DNA from: a virus
Taxonomy: Duplodnaviria > Caudoviricetes
Direction: 5' to 3' (one strand)
IMG/VR virus record: IMGVR_UViG_3300025671_008697
DNA: 64,000 nucleotides
Position numbers and translations under genes: made by a program. Numbering within the stretch: position 1 is the first letter of the stretch; each line of letters begins with the position of its first letter. The notes under the pieces are model-generated. The model was not told the DNA's origin. It made no database searches and was given only the letters and a program-made list of their open reading frames with translations. Positions 20,797-28,620 of this stretch are shown piece after piece.

Positions 20797-21739
20797 AGAT
20801 TATTCAAACATTTTGAATAATAAAATTGATTTTAGTAGCCATACTGTACAGTTAGTAGATCATTTGGGGGGATTTGACAAAAATAATGAAAATTTAATAT
20901 TGAATTATTTAAATGATTGTAATATCAAGAATAAATTTAAAATTATGTACATAACCGATGACTTTAATGAAAGGTATCGGAATTTAGATATAAATTTTTC
21001 TGTAGATTTACAAAATAGATTGAATCTTCGACATTTTAAAAAATACAAAAATCACCCGGCAGTAAAAATTGAAAATTTTTTATGTAGTTTTAACGGTTCA
21101 GACCATGTAAGCAGACGACTACTAACGGCTATTCTTTATAAATTTGGATATTTTAAAAAAAACTATTGTAGTAAAAATTTTGTTTACTCATTAGATCAAC
21201 TAGAAGGCTATATATTTGGTTATTGCAAAGACCGCGAACAATTTTATAGAAAGTTTTTTTTATCCGAAAGTTTTGATACTTTCAATGAAACAATCTATTC
21301 TTTCGGTCACATACGGTACGATCATAGAAATAACATCTATAATTTAGAAAATAAACTAACTAAAAGTTTTATTCATATAGTAAGCGAAACATTGGCTACA
21401 AGTTATTATCCGTTTGTAACTGAAAAATTTTTGTATAGCATCGTTACTAGAGGATTGTTTTTATCATATGCACAACCAGATTGGCACCGACACATAGAAA
21501 AATATTATGGGTTTAAATTATACACAAAATTATTTGATTATAGATTCGACAGTATAAAAAACCCAGTAGAAAGATTGGTCGAATTAGTGACTATGATTTC
21601 GAAATTTTCAAAACTAAACAATGATGAACTGTATGATATGTATTTGATGGAGTTAGATACTATAGAATTCAACTATGATCATTATTTTAGTGGTCGTTAC
21701 TTGGAACAATTAAAACAGCATACCAACACATTTATTTGA
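20780..21739 (+). CDS. AT-rich accessory protein with GT10/fucosyltransferase-like C-terminus
   Basis: 'IVSET....PFVTEK....I....FL', 'YGFKLYTKLFDY.FD' pattern. Confidence 0.5.
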   Translation: MKLFAKDYSNILNNKIDFSSHTVQLVDHLGGFDKNNENLILNYLNDCNIKNKFKIMYITDDFNERYRNLDINFSVDLQNRLNLRHFKKYKNHPAVKIENFLCSFNGSDHVSRRLLTAILYKFGYFKKNYCSKNFVYSLDQLEGYIFGYCKDREQFYRKFFLSESFDTFNETIYSFGHIRYDHRNNIYNLENKLTKSFIHIVSETLATSYYPFVTEKFLYSIVTRGLFLSYAQPDWHRHIEKYYGFKLYTKLFDYRFDSIKNPVERLVELVTMISKFSKLNNDELYDMYLMELDTIEFNYDHYFSGRYLEQLKQHTNTFI

Positions 21740-21875
21740 TCAAAGTACAATATTTGACAAAAAAACTTTTTTAAATGAAATCAAAAAATTATATTCTTTA
21801 TTAGATTTGGATGATTTTAATGAAGAGGCTACTAGCATTTTTTATACAAAGTATGCTATACTACACAACATATAA
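21714..21875 (+). pseudogene. Start-less C-terminal remnant of a lost accessory gene
   Basis: 53-codon open frame NSIPTHLFDQSTIFDKKTFLNEIKKLYSLLDLDDFNEEATSIFYTKYAILHNI*, bounded upstream by TAA 21711 and with no start codon. Confidence 0.45.
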
Positions 21876-21884
21876 GGAACTATC

Positions 21885-22961
21885 ATGGCAAAACCATTTG
21901 ACGTAAGCAAATTTAGAAAAACAATCACAAAAAGTATTGACGGTATCAGTATTGGATTTAGGGATCCAGATACTTGGGTTAGTACAGGTAACTATGCTCT
22001 CAACTATTTGATTAGCGGACAGTTTGACCGAGGAGTGCCAATTGGCAAAGTTACAGTATTTGCAGGTGAGTCAGGTGCAGGCAAAAGTTTTATCTGTAGT
22101 GGTAACTTGATTCGCAACGCACAGGAGCAGGGTATCTATGTTATCTTAGTTGACACTGAAAACGCCTTGGATGAGAAATGGCTGCATGCACTTAATGTAG
22201 ATACGTCAGAAGCAAAATTATTAAAACTAAACTTAGCAATGATTGATGATGTTGCTAAACTAGTAACTGATTTCGTTAAAGAATATAAGACCTTGCCAGA
22301 AGATGATCGTCCCAAGGTATTGTTTGTATTAGATTCATTGGGCATGATGTTGACACCAACTGATGTTAATCAGTTCGAATCAGGTGATCTAAAAGGCGAC
22401 ATGGGCCGTAAGCCTAAGGCACTAACAGCATTAGTGCGTAACTGCGTGAACATGTTTGGTGACTTGAACATTGGTTTAGTAGCAACTAACCACACCTATG
22501 CCAGTCAAGATATGTTCGACCCAGACGACAAGATCTCAGGCGGACAAGGCTTTATCTACGCAAGTAGTATTGTAGTTGCCATGCGTAAACTCAAACTCAA
22601 AGAGGACGAAGACGGCAATAAAGTGTCAGAAGTTAAAGGTATTCGTGCTGCCTGTAAAATTATGAAAACACGTTATGCCAAGCCTTTTGAAAGCGTACAG
22701 GTAAAAATTCCTTACGAAACAGGCATGAATCCCTACAGTGGGCTAGTTGATCTGTTTGAAAGCAAGAGTTTGTTGGAAAAAGAAGGCAATCGGCTTAAAT
22801 ATGTCTTAGCAAATGGTACTGAAATCAAACAATTCCGTAAGGCTTGGGAAAAGAACGAAGACGGGTGTTTAGATCAAGTTATGGAAGATGTAGTTAAAAA
22901 TCCGCATAAAGATCGAGGACAGGCCATTTCTCTTGAAGAGGAAACTACTAATGACGATTGA
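21885..22961 (+). CDS. uvsX: RecA-like recombinase UvsX
   Basis: Walker A 'GESGAGKS', 'VDTENA', 'VLDSLG', 'NHTY', 'SGGQG..YASSI'. Confidence 0.95.
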   Translation: MAKPFDVSKFRKTITKSIDGISIGFRDPDTWVSTGNYALNYLISGQFDRGVPIGKVTVFAGESGAGKSFICSGNLIRNAQEQGIYVILVDTENALDEKWLHALNVDTSEAKLLKLNLAMIDDVAKLVTDFVKEYKTLPEDDRPKVLFVLDSLGMMLTPTDVNQFESGDLKGDMGRKPKALTALVRNCVNMFGDLNIGLVATNHTYASQDMFDPDDKISGGQGFIYASSIVVAMRKLKLKEDEDGNKVSEVKGIRAACKIMKTRYAKPFESVQVKIPYETGMNPYSGLVDLFESKSLLEKEGNRLKYVLANGTEIKQFRKAWEKNEDGCLDQVMEDVVKNPHKDRGQAISLEEETTNDD

Positions 22962-23181
22962 TGTTGAAGTTTTGACAGAAACTTATTCAACCCTTAAACA
23001 ATATATTCCACAAAAAGACAGGCAAGAAGCCAGCGATACTCTTATGAGTATCCTGGTAGACTATCTTGGCGACACTGAAATTAAAGAGTTCAGTGGCATT
23101 GACGCATATACAAAACGTAGTTACGATGAGTATGCAGGTCAGTTTGATGACGATGAGGAATACGAAGACTACGAAGACTAA
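22951..23181 (+). CDS. Small acidic hypothetical protein
   Basis: ATG at 22951 overlapping the uvsX end; acidic tail. Confidence 0.7.
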   Translation: MTIDVEVLTETYSTLKQYIPQKDRQEASDTLMSILVDYLGDTEIKEFSGIDAYTKRSYDEYAGQFDDDEEYEDYED

Positions 23182-23183
23182 CC

Positions 23184-23636
23184 ATGTGGTATAATCGAGT
23201 GGTTCAAGACTTGGGTAACATACCTGAGTTTATTAATTTTTACGAAAACGAATTACAAGAAGCCAAGTACGACTGCGGTGTCAAAGGACATTTGGAACGT
23301 AACATTGCAAACTTACCTGGTATTACTGAACACAGGTTCAATCAACTGCAAGAAATAGAAGCAGTGTTAAACTTTCTTAACATACAGTTACGCAAAATTC
23401 GCAAAAAGCATTTTCAAAAGTATCTTGAAAACTATGCAAGAGCATTAAGCAGTCGCGATGCTGAAAAGTATGTTGACGGTGAAGATGAAGTTATTGACTT
23501 TGAAACTATTATCAACGAAGTAGCACTTGTTAGAAACAAATGGCTTGGCCTAATGAAAGGCCTTGAAAGCAAAAACTTTATGTTAGGACACGTTAGTAGG
23601 CTAAGAACAGCCGGTATGGAGGACATTACACTATGA
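23184..23636 (+). CDS. uvsY: Recombination mediator UvsY
   Basis: Helical 150 aa; 'YLENY.RALSSRDAEKYVDGE', 'K.LE.KNF.L' typical of UvsY; follows uvsX. Confidence 0.8.
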   Translation: MWYNRVVQDLGNIPEFINFYENELQEAKYDCGVKGHLERNIANLPGITEHRFNQLQEIEAVLNFLNIQLRKIRKKHFQKYLENYARALSSRDAEKYVDGEDEVIDFETIINEVALVRNKWLGLMKGLESKNFMLGHVSRLRTAGMEDITL

Positions 23637-24430
23637 TAAGTACTGATACCATGCAAGAAAAGGTAGTTTTAGTTACCGGAGGCTTTGATCCTTTACATTC
23701 CGGACACATAGAATACTTTAAGGCCGCCCGTGCTTTAGGTACTAAATTGATTGTGGGTGTAAACAGTGATCAATGGTTGGTGCGTAAAAAAGGACGACCA
23801 TTTATGCTACAGGAAGAACGCATTTTAATTATCAGTGCGTTGGCATGTGTAGATGAAGTCTTGGTCTATGACGATGAAGATGACAGCAGCATAGATGCTA
23901 TCCGACGCACATTAAAAAAATACCCTGCACATGAGATTGTTTTTGCCAATGGTGGCGACCGTACCAAAAGCAATATACCCGAAATGGCTATTGTAGATCC
24001 AAGAGTGGAATTTGTGTTTGGCGTTGGTGGCACAGATAAAATGAATTCCAGTAGTTGGATCTTAATGGACTGGAAAAGTCCCAAAGTAGAACGCAATTGG
24101 GGTTACTATAGAACTATCTATGAGCCTAACAAGCACGTTAAAGTAAAAGAACTTACTGTAATGCCTGGAGAACGTTTAAGTATGCAACGACATCAGGATC
24201 GTGCAGAACATTGGTTTGTGGCAGAAGGCACTGCTACAGTATATACTGTAAACCGCAGTTCAGACTATGAGTTGTTGGGTGAGTTTCACGAACATCAAGC
24301 ACTACACATCAGTCGTACTCAATGGCATCAATTGTGTAATGAAGGCGAAGTTCCGTTAAGGGTTGTCGAAATACAGTACGGTGAACGCTGTGAGGAAGAA
24401 GACATAGAGCGCAAACAAAAGGGGCAGTAA
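23633..24430 (+). CDS. Cytidylyltransferase-like (RfaE/TagD family) domain fused to mannose-6-P-isomerase type II cupin
   Basis: 'TGGFDPLHSGH', 'VGVNSD.WL.RKKGRPF', 'FANGGDR'; C-terminal 'R.WGYY', 'LSMQRH..RAEHW.V', 'EIQYG..C.E.DIER'. Confidence 0.88.
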   Translation: MISTDTMQEKVVLVTGGFDPLHSGHIEYFKAARALGTKLIVGVNSDQWLVRKKGRPFMLQEERILIISALACVDEVLVYDDEDDSSIDAIRRTLKKYPAHEIVFANGGDRTKSNIPEMAIVDPRVEFVFGVGGTDKMNSSSWILMDWKSPKVERNWGYYRTIYEPNKHVKVKELTVMPGERLSMQRHQDRAEHWFVAEGTATVYTVNRSSDYELLGEFHEHQALHISRTQWHQLCNEGEVPLRVVEIQYGERCEEEDIERKQKGQ

Positions 24431-24443
24431 TTGCCCCTTTTTG
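24417..24443. terminator. Bidirectional rho-independent terminator
   Basis: AAAAGGGGCA-GTAAT-TGCCCCTTTT between convergent genes. Confidence 0.8.
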
Positions 24444-24446
24444 TTA

Positions 24447-24536
24447 TTAGACGTACCAGTTTGACCTAGACTGATCAACTCTGGCTTGAGCTAGTTTTTC
24501 GCACCAGTTGAAGAACCAAGATTTAAATGCGGCCAT
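24447..24536 (-). CDS. 29 aa small protein MAAFKSWFFNWCEKLAQARVDQSRSNWYV
   Basis: Translated by hand; below the ORF-track cutoff; coupled to the upstream ORF. Confidence 0.5.
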   Translation of the reverse strand: MAAFKSWFFNWCEKLAQARVDQSRSNWYV

Positions 24537-24696
24537 GTTGTGTGCCTCCATAGTTACGCATGTCAAATTCACGCATTAGTCGTTCAATATCTGCCACAGT
24601 CTGTGGTGCACGGCTAGAAATATAGTGGTCCATTTGACTTTGGTAAGTCGCAGTTTTTACGCCAAGCTTTTGTAAAGCCTGCTTAATTTTTTTCAT
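24523..24696 (-). CDS. 57 aa small protein (DUF3563-like)
   Basis: MKKIKQALQKLGVKTATYQSQMDHYISSRAPQTVADIERLMREFDMR...; 'Y.S..P...DIE...REFD' pattern. Confidence 0.6.
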   Translation of the reverse strand: MKKIKQALQKLGVKTATYQSQMDHYISSRAPQTVADIERLMREFDMRNYGGTQHGRI

Positions 24697-24717
24697 CATT
24701 TTGTGATTGTCCTTATA

Positions 24718-24858
24718 TTAAAAATCTAAAATTTTGTATGCTTCACGTGCATCAACTCCGCACTCAGGACAGTTGGCATACTTTGGTAAGTCATCAAACT
24801 TGCCCATTGTTTCTTCGTCGTGAACGTGTCCGCATATCTCGCAAACATATTGGTTCAT
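24718..24858 (-). CDS. Rubredoxin
   Basis: MNQYVCEICGHVHDEETMGKFDDLPKYANCPECGVDAREAYKILDF: CxxCG...F.DLP....CPxCG; RBS aggaac upstream. Confidence 0.9.
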   Translation of the reverse strand: MNQYVCEICGHVHDEETMGKFDDLPKYANCPECGVDAREAYKILDF

Positions 24859-24996
24859 TTTTGGTGTTCCTATATATTAGTAGAAACTATATCAGTGTTT
24901 CTACTGAGTATTTAGCTCAGTGTTTCTACTAATATAAGATATGATTATTCATTCTCCCTGTTCATTAATAAATATATTATTACTATACCAAGAAAT

Positions 24997-26016
24997 ATGA
25001 GATACCAAGAATTCCTTACAGAAGCAGTTCAAAAAGACCAAGTAGTTGCTGCATTAAAAAGTGCGGGTTTTGAAGACGTTAGAATTAAAGGCAATCTAAT
25101 TGCAGTTCTAGTTCAAATCCCAGCAAAGCAGAAAAAAGATGCGTTCAGAGTAGCACTATTACAAGACATTGAACGTGTCATGCAACAGGCATTTCCAGAA
25201 GATGGCGCTAAAATTGTGCAAGCTCAACGTTTAAAAAGCAGCATCGGCGGGGTTGTGTTTGATGCCAGTCCTATTGGTATTTTAGTTAAGGATATTGGTG
25301 CTCAGGGTGATCAAAGTGCCGGTGTTGCTAACGAAATTGAGTTGGCCAGTATGATTGAAAGTGTAATTCAAAAGTACGGTAATGCTAATGTTACATTTGT
25401 TGATCCAAGAGGTAAGGAACTTACACTTCAAAACTGCTCAGAAGTACAAATAGCAGGACGCGATACCAAAGGCAGAAAAAAAGCAGACGTGGTACTACGT
25501 AGCGAATCTGGTGATTTGCCCATCAGTATTAAGAAATTAAATGCAGATGCTTGGGAAAGTGCCGATAAACTGTTTGGTGGTAAGGCCAGTGCAGTATTGC
25601 AAAATCTTCAGGATCAGGGTGTTATCAAACTTAAGCAAAGCAAAGATGATGAAGGCAACACAATCTACAGTTTAGATAAAGAAATTGTAGTAGAGCCTAC
25701 TGAAGAAGAAAGCATGCAGGCAATATTTGGCAGTGATATCAATCCTGAAGGTGGTGTGGTAATTCAGACTTTCAAACCTGAGCACTTTAGACAAGATGGC
25801 AATAATGTATTTGTACAGTGCCATGCAATTATCAAAGAAAAAGCAGATATTCCAGAAAGCCACATGATGGTATGGTTAATTAGAAACGACAGAACTAGGA
25901 AAAATCCGCTACCAGGCCTGCGTACACTGGGTGTAACACTGAAACGTGGTATTGGCGCTCGGGGTGACAAACCTGTTATTTTGGTTGACCGATCTGGTAA
26001 TGTATTAAGGAGATAA
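24997..26016 (+). CDS. PD-(D/E)xK nuclease-like late protein with capsid-targeting-like leader (MRYQEFLTE)
   Basis: 'AG..NE', 'KKADVVL', 'ISIKK' arrangement; TAAATA at 24969. Confidence 0.6.
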   Translation: MRYQEFLTEAVQKDQVVAALKSAGFEDVRIKGNLIAVLVQIPAKQKKDAFRVALLQDIERVMQQAFPEDGAKIVQAQRLKSSIGGVVFDASPIGILVKDIGAQGDQSAGVANEIELASMIESVIQKYGNANVTFVDPRGKELTLQNCSEVQIAGRDTKGRKKADVVLRSESGDLPISIKKLNADAWESADKLFGGKASAVLQNLQDQGVIKLKQSKDDEGNTIYSLDKEIVVEPTEEESMQAIFGSDINPEGGVVIQTFKPEHFRQDGNNVFVQCHAIIKEKADIPESHMMVWLIRNDRTRKNPLPGLRTLGVTLKRGIGARGDKPVILVDRSGNVLRR

Positions 26017-26019
26017 AAA

Positions 26020-26295
26020 ATGTGGAAATCTACAGCAACCGTTACTAGTAGCACAGGATGGACATTAGAGCAAATTGCCGTCGCTGTTCAACTATTTGAA
26101 AAAGAATTAAACAATGGAAATATTGCAGAACCACCCCTGCCAGATGAACAAATAGGGTCTTTCGATGAAAGTGGATCTCAGTTTATAAGGTATTACCAAA
26201 CCGAGGCAGATGCAAATTATTGGATAAATTTATTTGAAACAACAGTGACTGACCATCCAACATACACTTGGGTCCTTGAAGAAGTGTCTGAGTAA
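26020..26295 (+). CDS. Hypothetical protein
   Basis: 91 aa ORF with RBS (aggag). Confidence 0.65.
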   Translation: MWKSTATVTSSTGWTLEQIAVAVQLFEKELNNGNIAEPPLPDEQIGSFDESGSQFIRYYQTEADANYWINLFETTVTDHPTYTWVLEEVSE

Positions 26296-26314
26296 TGTTA
26301 TCTGCAGTTAACTG

Positions 26315-26343
26315 TTGACATAAAATCCCCGTTACTATATAAT
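26315..26343 (+). promoter_or_regulatory. Consensus sigma70 promoter for the tRNA cluster
   Basis: TTGACA(26315)-17-TATAAT(26338). Confidence 0.9.
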
Positions 26344-26352
26344 AAGTCTATT

Positions 26353-26429
26353 GCGCTTGTAGCTCAGTTGGTTAGAGCAGTGGACTCATAATCCATTGGT
26401 CGCGGGTTCGAGTCCCTCCGAGCGCACCA
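26353..26429 (+). tRNA. tRNA-Ile2 (CAT anticodon, lysidine type; Met not excluded)
   Basis: Cloverleaf with CT-CAT-AA loop, Ile2-like context, CCA encoded. Confidence 0.85.
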
Positions 26430-26438
26430 GGTTAACAT

Positions 26439-26525
26439 GCCCGGATGGCGAAATCGGTAGACGCCTCAGACTTAAAATCTGATATCCGCATGGGTGTGCC
26501 GGTTCGAGTCCGGCTCCGGGCACCA
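26439..26525 (+). tRNA. tRNA-Leu (TAA)
   Basis: TCAGA-CT-TAA-AA-TCTGA, long variable arm, CCA. Confidence 0.93.
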
Positions 26526-26650
26526 CGAGATTATTATGAGTTTAGGTTCATTATACCTTTTGATTCAGTTCTTTAATAAACAAGAAATTTGTTTTTGGGA
26601 CATTCACCAAGATTAATTTTGGATAAGTACAGTACTTCAAGGAGAACTGT

Positions 26651-26797
26651 ATGGCAGCAAAATCGAAATTAGGTGAAAAACCCCAAGTCAAATTAAAAAT
26701 TGAAAAGCGTACCAGTCAAGGTGGCAAAGTCAAACGCTCGAGCATGAACAAAGGTCGAAAGCGTGGTTTTAAAGCATACCGTGGTCAGGGACGCTAA
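26651..26797 (+). CDS. 48 aa highly basic protein ending KAYRGQGR
   Basis: MAAKSKLGEKPQVKLKIEKRTSQGGKVKRSSMNKGRKRGFKAYRGQGR; RBS aggag. Confidence 0.75.
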   Translation: MAAKSKLGEKPQVKLKIEKRTSQGGKVKRSSMNKGRKRGFKAYRGQGR

Positions 26798-26807
26798 GTA
26801 AACACGT

Positions 26808-26884
26808 TCCCTGGTAGCTCAGTAGGTAGTAGCAACGGACTGTTAATCCGTGTGTCGTTGGTTCGAGCCCAACCCGGGGAGCCA
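26808..26884 (+). tRNA. tRNA-Asn (GTT)
   Basis: ACGGA-CT-GTT-AA-TCCGT, GCCA end. Confidence 0.93.
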
Positions 26885-26891
26885 TTATTTC

Positions 26892-26920
26892 TTGACAACT
26901 GTAGTTTTTGCATATATAAT
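26892..26920 (+). promoter_or_regulatory. Consensus sigma70 promoter
   Basis: TTGACA(26892)-17-TATAAT(26915). Confidence 0.9.
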
Positions 26921-26938
26921 ACAGACATAGAGAGATAG

Positions 26939-27014
26939 GCCGTCTTAGCTCAGCAGGTAGAGCAACGGATTTGTAACCCGTAGGTCGCCAGTTCGATTCC
27001 GGCAGACGGCACCA
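26939..27014 (+). tRNA. tRNA-Thr (TGT)
   Basis: Anticodon loop TT-TGT-AA, CCA. Confidence 0.92.
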
Positions 27015-27112
27015 TATTAAAGCATATCTAGTCGTATGTTGAGCCTATTAGGCCTACAACGGTGTACGATGAAATTGCTGTGTTGTAGTGGCATGGTATG
27101 CTTTAATATGGT
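27011..27112 (+). repeat. Inter-tRNA stalk element A (16 bp perfect terminal inverted repeat)
   Basis: ACCATATTAAAGCATA (27011-26) / TATGCTTTAATATGGT (27097-112). Confidence 0.85.
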
Positions 27113-27116
27113 AAAT

Positions 27117-27201
27117 GCCCCTTTGGCGTAATTGGTAGCCGCGCTGGATTTAGGTTCCAGTACCGAGAGGTGTGAGGGTTCGAGTCCCTTGGGGGGCACC
27201 A
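27117..27201 (+). tRNA. tRNA-Leu (TAG)
   Basis: CTGGA-TT-TAG-GT-TCCAG, long variable arm, CCA. Confidence 0.92.
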
Positions 27202-27209
27202 TATAGTGT

Positions 27210-27283
27210 GCAGGATTCGTATAGTGGTAATACCTCAGCCTTCCAAGCTGATGCGAGGAGTTCGATTCTCCTATCCTGCTCCA
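27210..27283 (+). tRNA. tRNA-Gly (TCC)
   Basis: TCAGC-CT-TCC-AA-GCTGA, TCCA end. Confidence 0.93.
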
Positions 27284-27286
27284 AGT

Positions 27287-27363
27287 CGGGGTGTAGCACA
27301 GCCTGGTAGTGCGCTTGGTTTGGGACCAAGATGTCGGAGGTTCGAATCCTTTCACCCCGACCA
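27287..27363 (+). tRNA. tRNA-Pro (TGG)
   Basis: CTTGG-TT-TGG-GA-CCAAG, CGGGG 5' end, CCA. Confidence 0.93.
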
Positions 27364-27370
27364 TTAAGTT

Positions 27371-27446
27371 GGATCGTTAGCTCAGATGGTAGAGCGTCGG
27401 CTTTACACGCCGAATGTCGGCAGTTCGATCCTGTCACGATCCACCA
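27371..27446 (+). tRNA. tRNA-Val (TAC)
   Basis: TCGGC-TT-TAC-AC-GCCGA, CCA. Confidence 0.93.
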
Positions 27447-27464
27447 TGCTAAATAATCTACCCT

Positions 27465-27538
27465 GGGGGATTAGTGAAGTGGGATCACGCCAGATTTGCA
27501 TTCTGGAATCAGGAGTTCGACTCTCCTATCCTCCACCA
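27465..27538 (+). tRNA. tRNA-Ala (TGC)
   Basis: CCAGA-TT-TGC-AT-TCTGG; G3:U70 identity pair present; CCA. Confidence 0.93.
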
Positions 27539-27540
27539 AT

Positions 27541-27587
27541 TAATACTTTAGTATTATATTGACAGTAATTCAGATTTCACATACAAT
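27541..27587 (+). promoter_or_regulatory. sigma70 promoter (TTGACA-17-TACAAT) with upstream palindrome TAATAC-TTTA-GTATTA
   Basis: Palindrome 27541-56, -35 at 27559, -10 at 27582. Confidence 0.8.
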
Positions 27588-27601
27588 ACACTTAAGTTGA
27601 C

Positions 27602-27656
27602 GCACATTAGAGATAAGACGGTACTGGTTCGAAACGGGACTCCTCGTCTAGTGTGT
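27602..27656 (+). repeat. Short stalk element B (GCACATTAGA / TCTAGTGTGT)
   Basis: 10 bp stem with wobbles sharing the GCACATT/AGTGTG core of elements D and E; interior contains GGTTCGAAAC. Confidence 0.55.
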
Positions 27657-27661
27657 TTCTT

Positions 27662-27736
27662 GCACGGTTCGTCTATCGGTTAGGACACTGGCCTTTCACG
27701 CCGGTAAGAGGGGTTCGATTCCCCTACCGTGTACCA
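27662..27736 (+). tRNA. tRNA-Glu (TTC)
   Basis: CTGGC-CT-TTC-AC-GCCGG, CCA. Confidence 0.92.
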
Positions 27737-27741
27737 AACAT

Positions 27742-27819
27742 AGTACGGTGGCAGAGTGGCCCAATGCACGGGACTGCAAATCCCGAAAACCGTCGGTTCA
27801 AATCCGACCCGTACTTCCA
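27742..27819 (+). tRNA. tRNA-Cys (GCA)
   Basis: CGGGA-CT-GCA-AA-TCCCG, U73 discriminator, CCA. Confidence 0.92.
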
Positions 27820-28035
27820 GAACGTTCCGTGTAGCAACGGATACTCCGACCCGGAGGATGAGAAGTGGTGTAGCAACCACGGGTGGTTCCAGTCCAACCG
27901 AACTGGCGCTGGCAATGCGATAACGGTCCCCGTCGGGGAGCGGGTGGAAGGCGTGCGTGATGGTATGCTGTTTAACCGAAAGGTGACAGGGTGCTTGATG
28001 CGCTATAATTACCGCCGGGGGATGCAGAGCATTTG
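27820..28035 (+). ncRNA. Candidate GC-rich structured ncRNA of unknown class
   Basis: Consecutive hairpins, two with the identical GTAGCA loop, and a GAAA tetraloop; no credible ORF or RBS. Confidence 0.6.
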
Positions 28036-28059
28036 TTAACTTAACAAAGGAGAAGATGT

Positions 28060-28308
28060 ATGCAGTTTATTACATTAAATCAAAGGCACCATCTAGGCCG
28101 TCGAGGTTTTAAATACGCATTTGTGTTTAAGACCTACTCTCAAGAACGGCCTAGCGAATATGCAATTAGTGAAATGGTAAGGAAAGCAGAAGGCATGGGG
28201 TATGATAACACATTCTATGGCAAGAGTCCTGGCAATTGCGAGCGCAGGCCTTACTACGTCGGATTTAACAACGAAACAACTGCAACATTGGTACAATTGC
28301 AGTTATGA
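28060..28308 (+). CDS. Hypothetical protein
   Basis: 82 aa ORF with strong RBS (aaggag). Confidence 0.7.
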   Translation: MQFITLNQRHHLGRRGFKYAFVFKTYSQERPSEYAISEMVRKAEGMGYDNTFYGKSPGNCERRPYYVGFNNETTATLVQLQL

Positions 28309-28323
28309 TAAAAGGAGAAAGCA

Positions 28324-28464
28324 ATGAAGCCAAAACAAATCGCTAGGCAACGTAACCGCTTCGTTGCTTTGGCATTAATGAGAAAAGCGGGCGCACATCG
28401 CAAGTCTAACAAGGCCTTGCGTAGACAACACAAAGCGTCCTTAGATCAGTCGGTAGAGCAGTAG
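28324..28464 (+). CDS. 46 aa basic protein (RKAGAHRKSNKALRR) whose 3' end reads through a tRNA-like 5' half
   Basis: RBS aaggag; translated by hand. Confidence 0.7.
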   Translation: MKPKQIARQRNRFVALALMRKAGAHRKSNKALRRQHKASLDQSVEQ

Positions 28465-28466
28465 AC
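28435..28466 (+). pseudogene. tRNA 5'-half remnant
   Basis: GCGTCCTTAGATCAGTCGGTAGAGCAGTAGAC has acceptor 5' strand and D-arm signature but no T-arm or 3' acceptor strand downstream. Confidence 0.55.
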
Positions 28467-28550
28467 CATATAAAAACACATCGTCCTAGAAGCAGTGAGA
28501 TGAAGACACAATAGGCTCACAAGGGGTGTCACGGTGTGTTTCTATATGGT
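28465..28550 (+). repeat. Stalk element C (20 bp stem, one mismatch, one G:U)
   Basis: ACCATATAAAAACACATCGT / ACGGTGTGTTTCTATATGGT. Confidence 0.8.
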
Positions 28551-28620
28551 TTGACAAAAGGTGGTATGTAGTCGTTGTCAATGCGGCGAGGACCGGGATT
28601 CCTTTCTCAGCAACACTGAG

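Noticed and set aside
23633-24430. NMN adenylyltransferase role linking this HxGH enzyme to nadE
   Set aside because: Its motifs (NSD.WL.RKKG, FANGGDR) and cupin fusion fit RfaE/TagD-type sugar nucleotidyltransferases better.
24738-24932. + strand 64 aa ORF
   Set aside because: It is the antisense shadow of the clear minus-strand rubredoxin.
27820-28035. tmRNA, RNase P, SRP or 6S identity for the GC-rich RNA
   Set aside because: It has no tRNA-like ends with CCA, no GAGGAAAGUCC, no SRP loop motif and no long central-bubble duplex.
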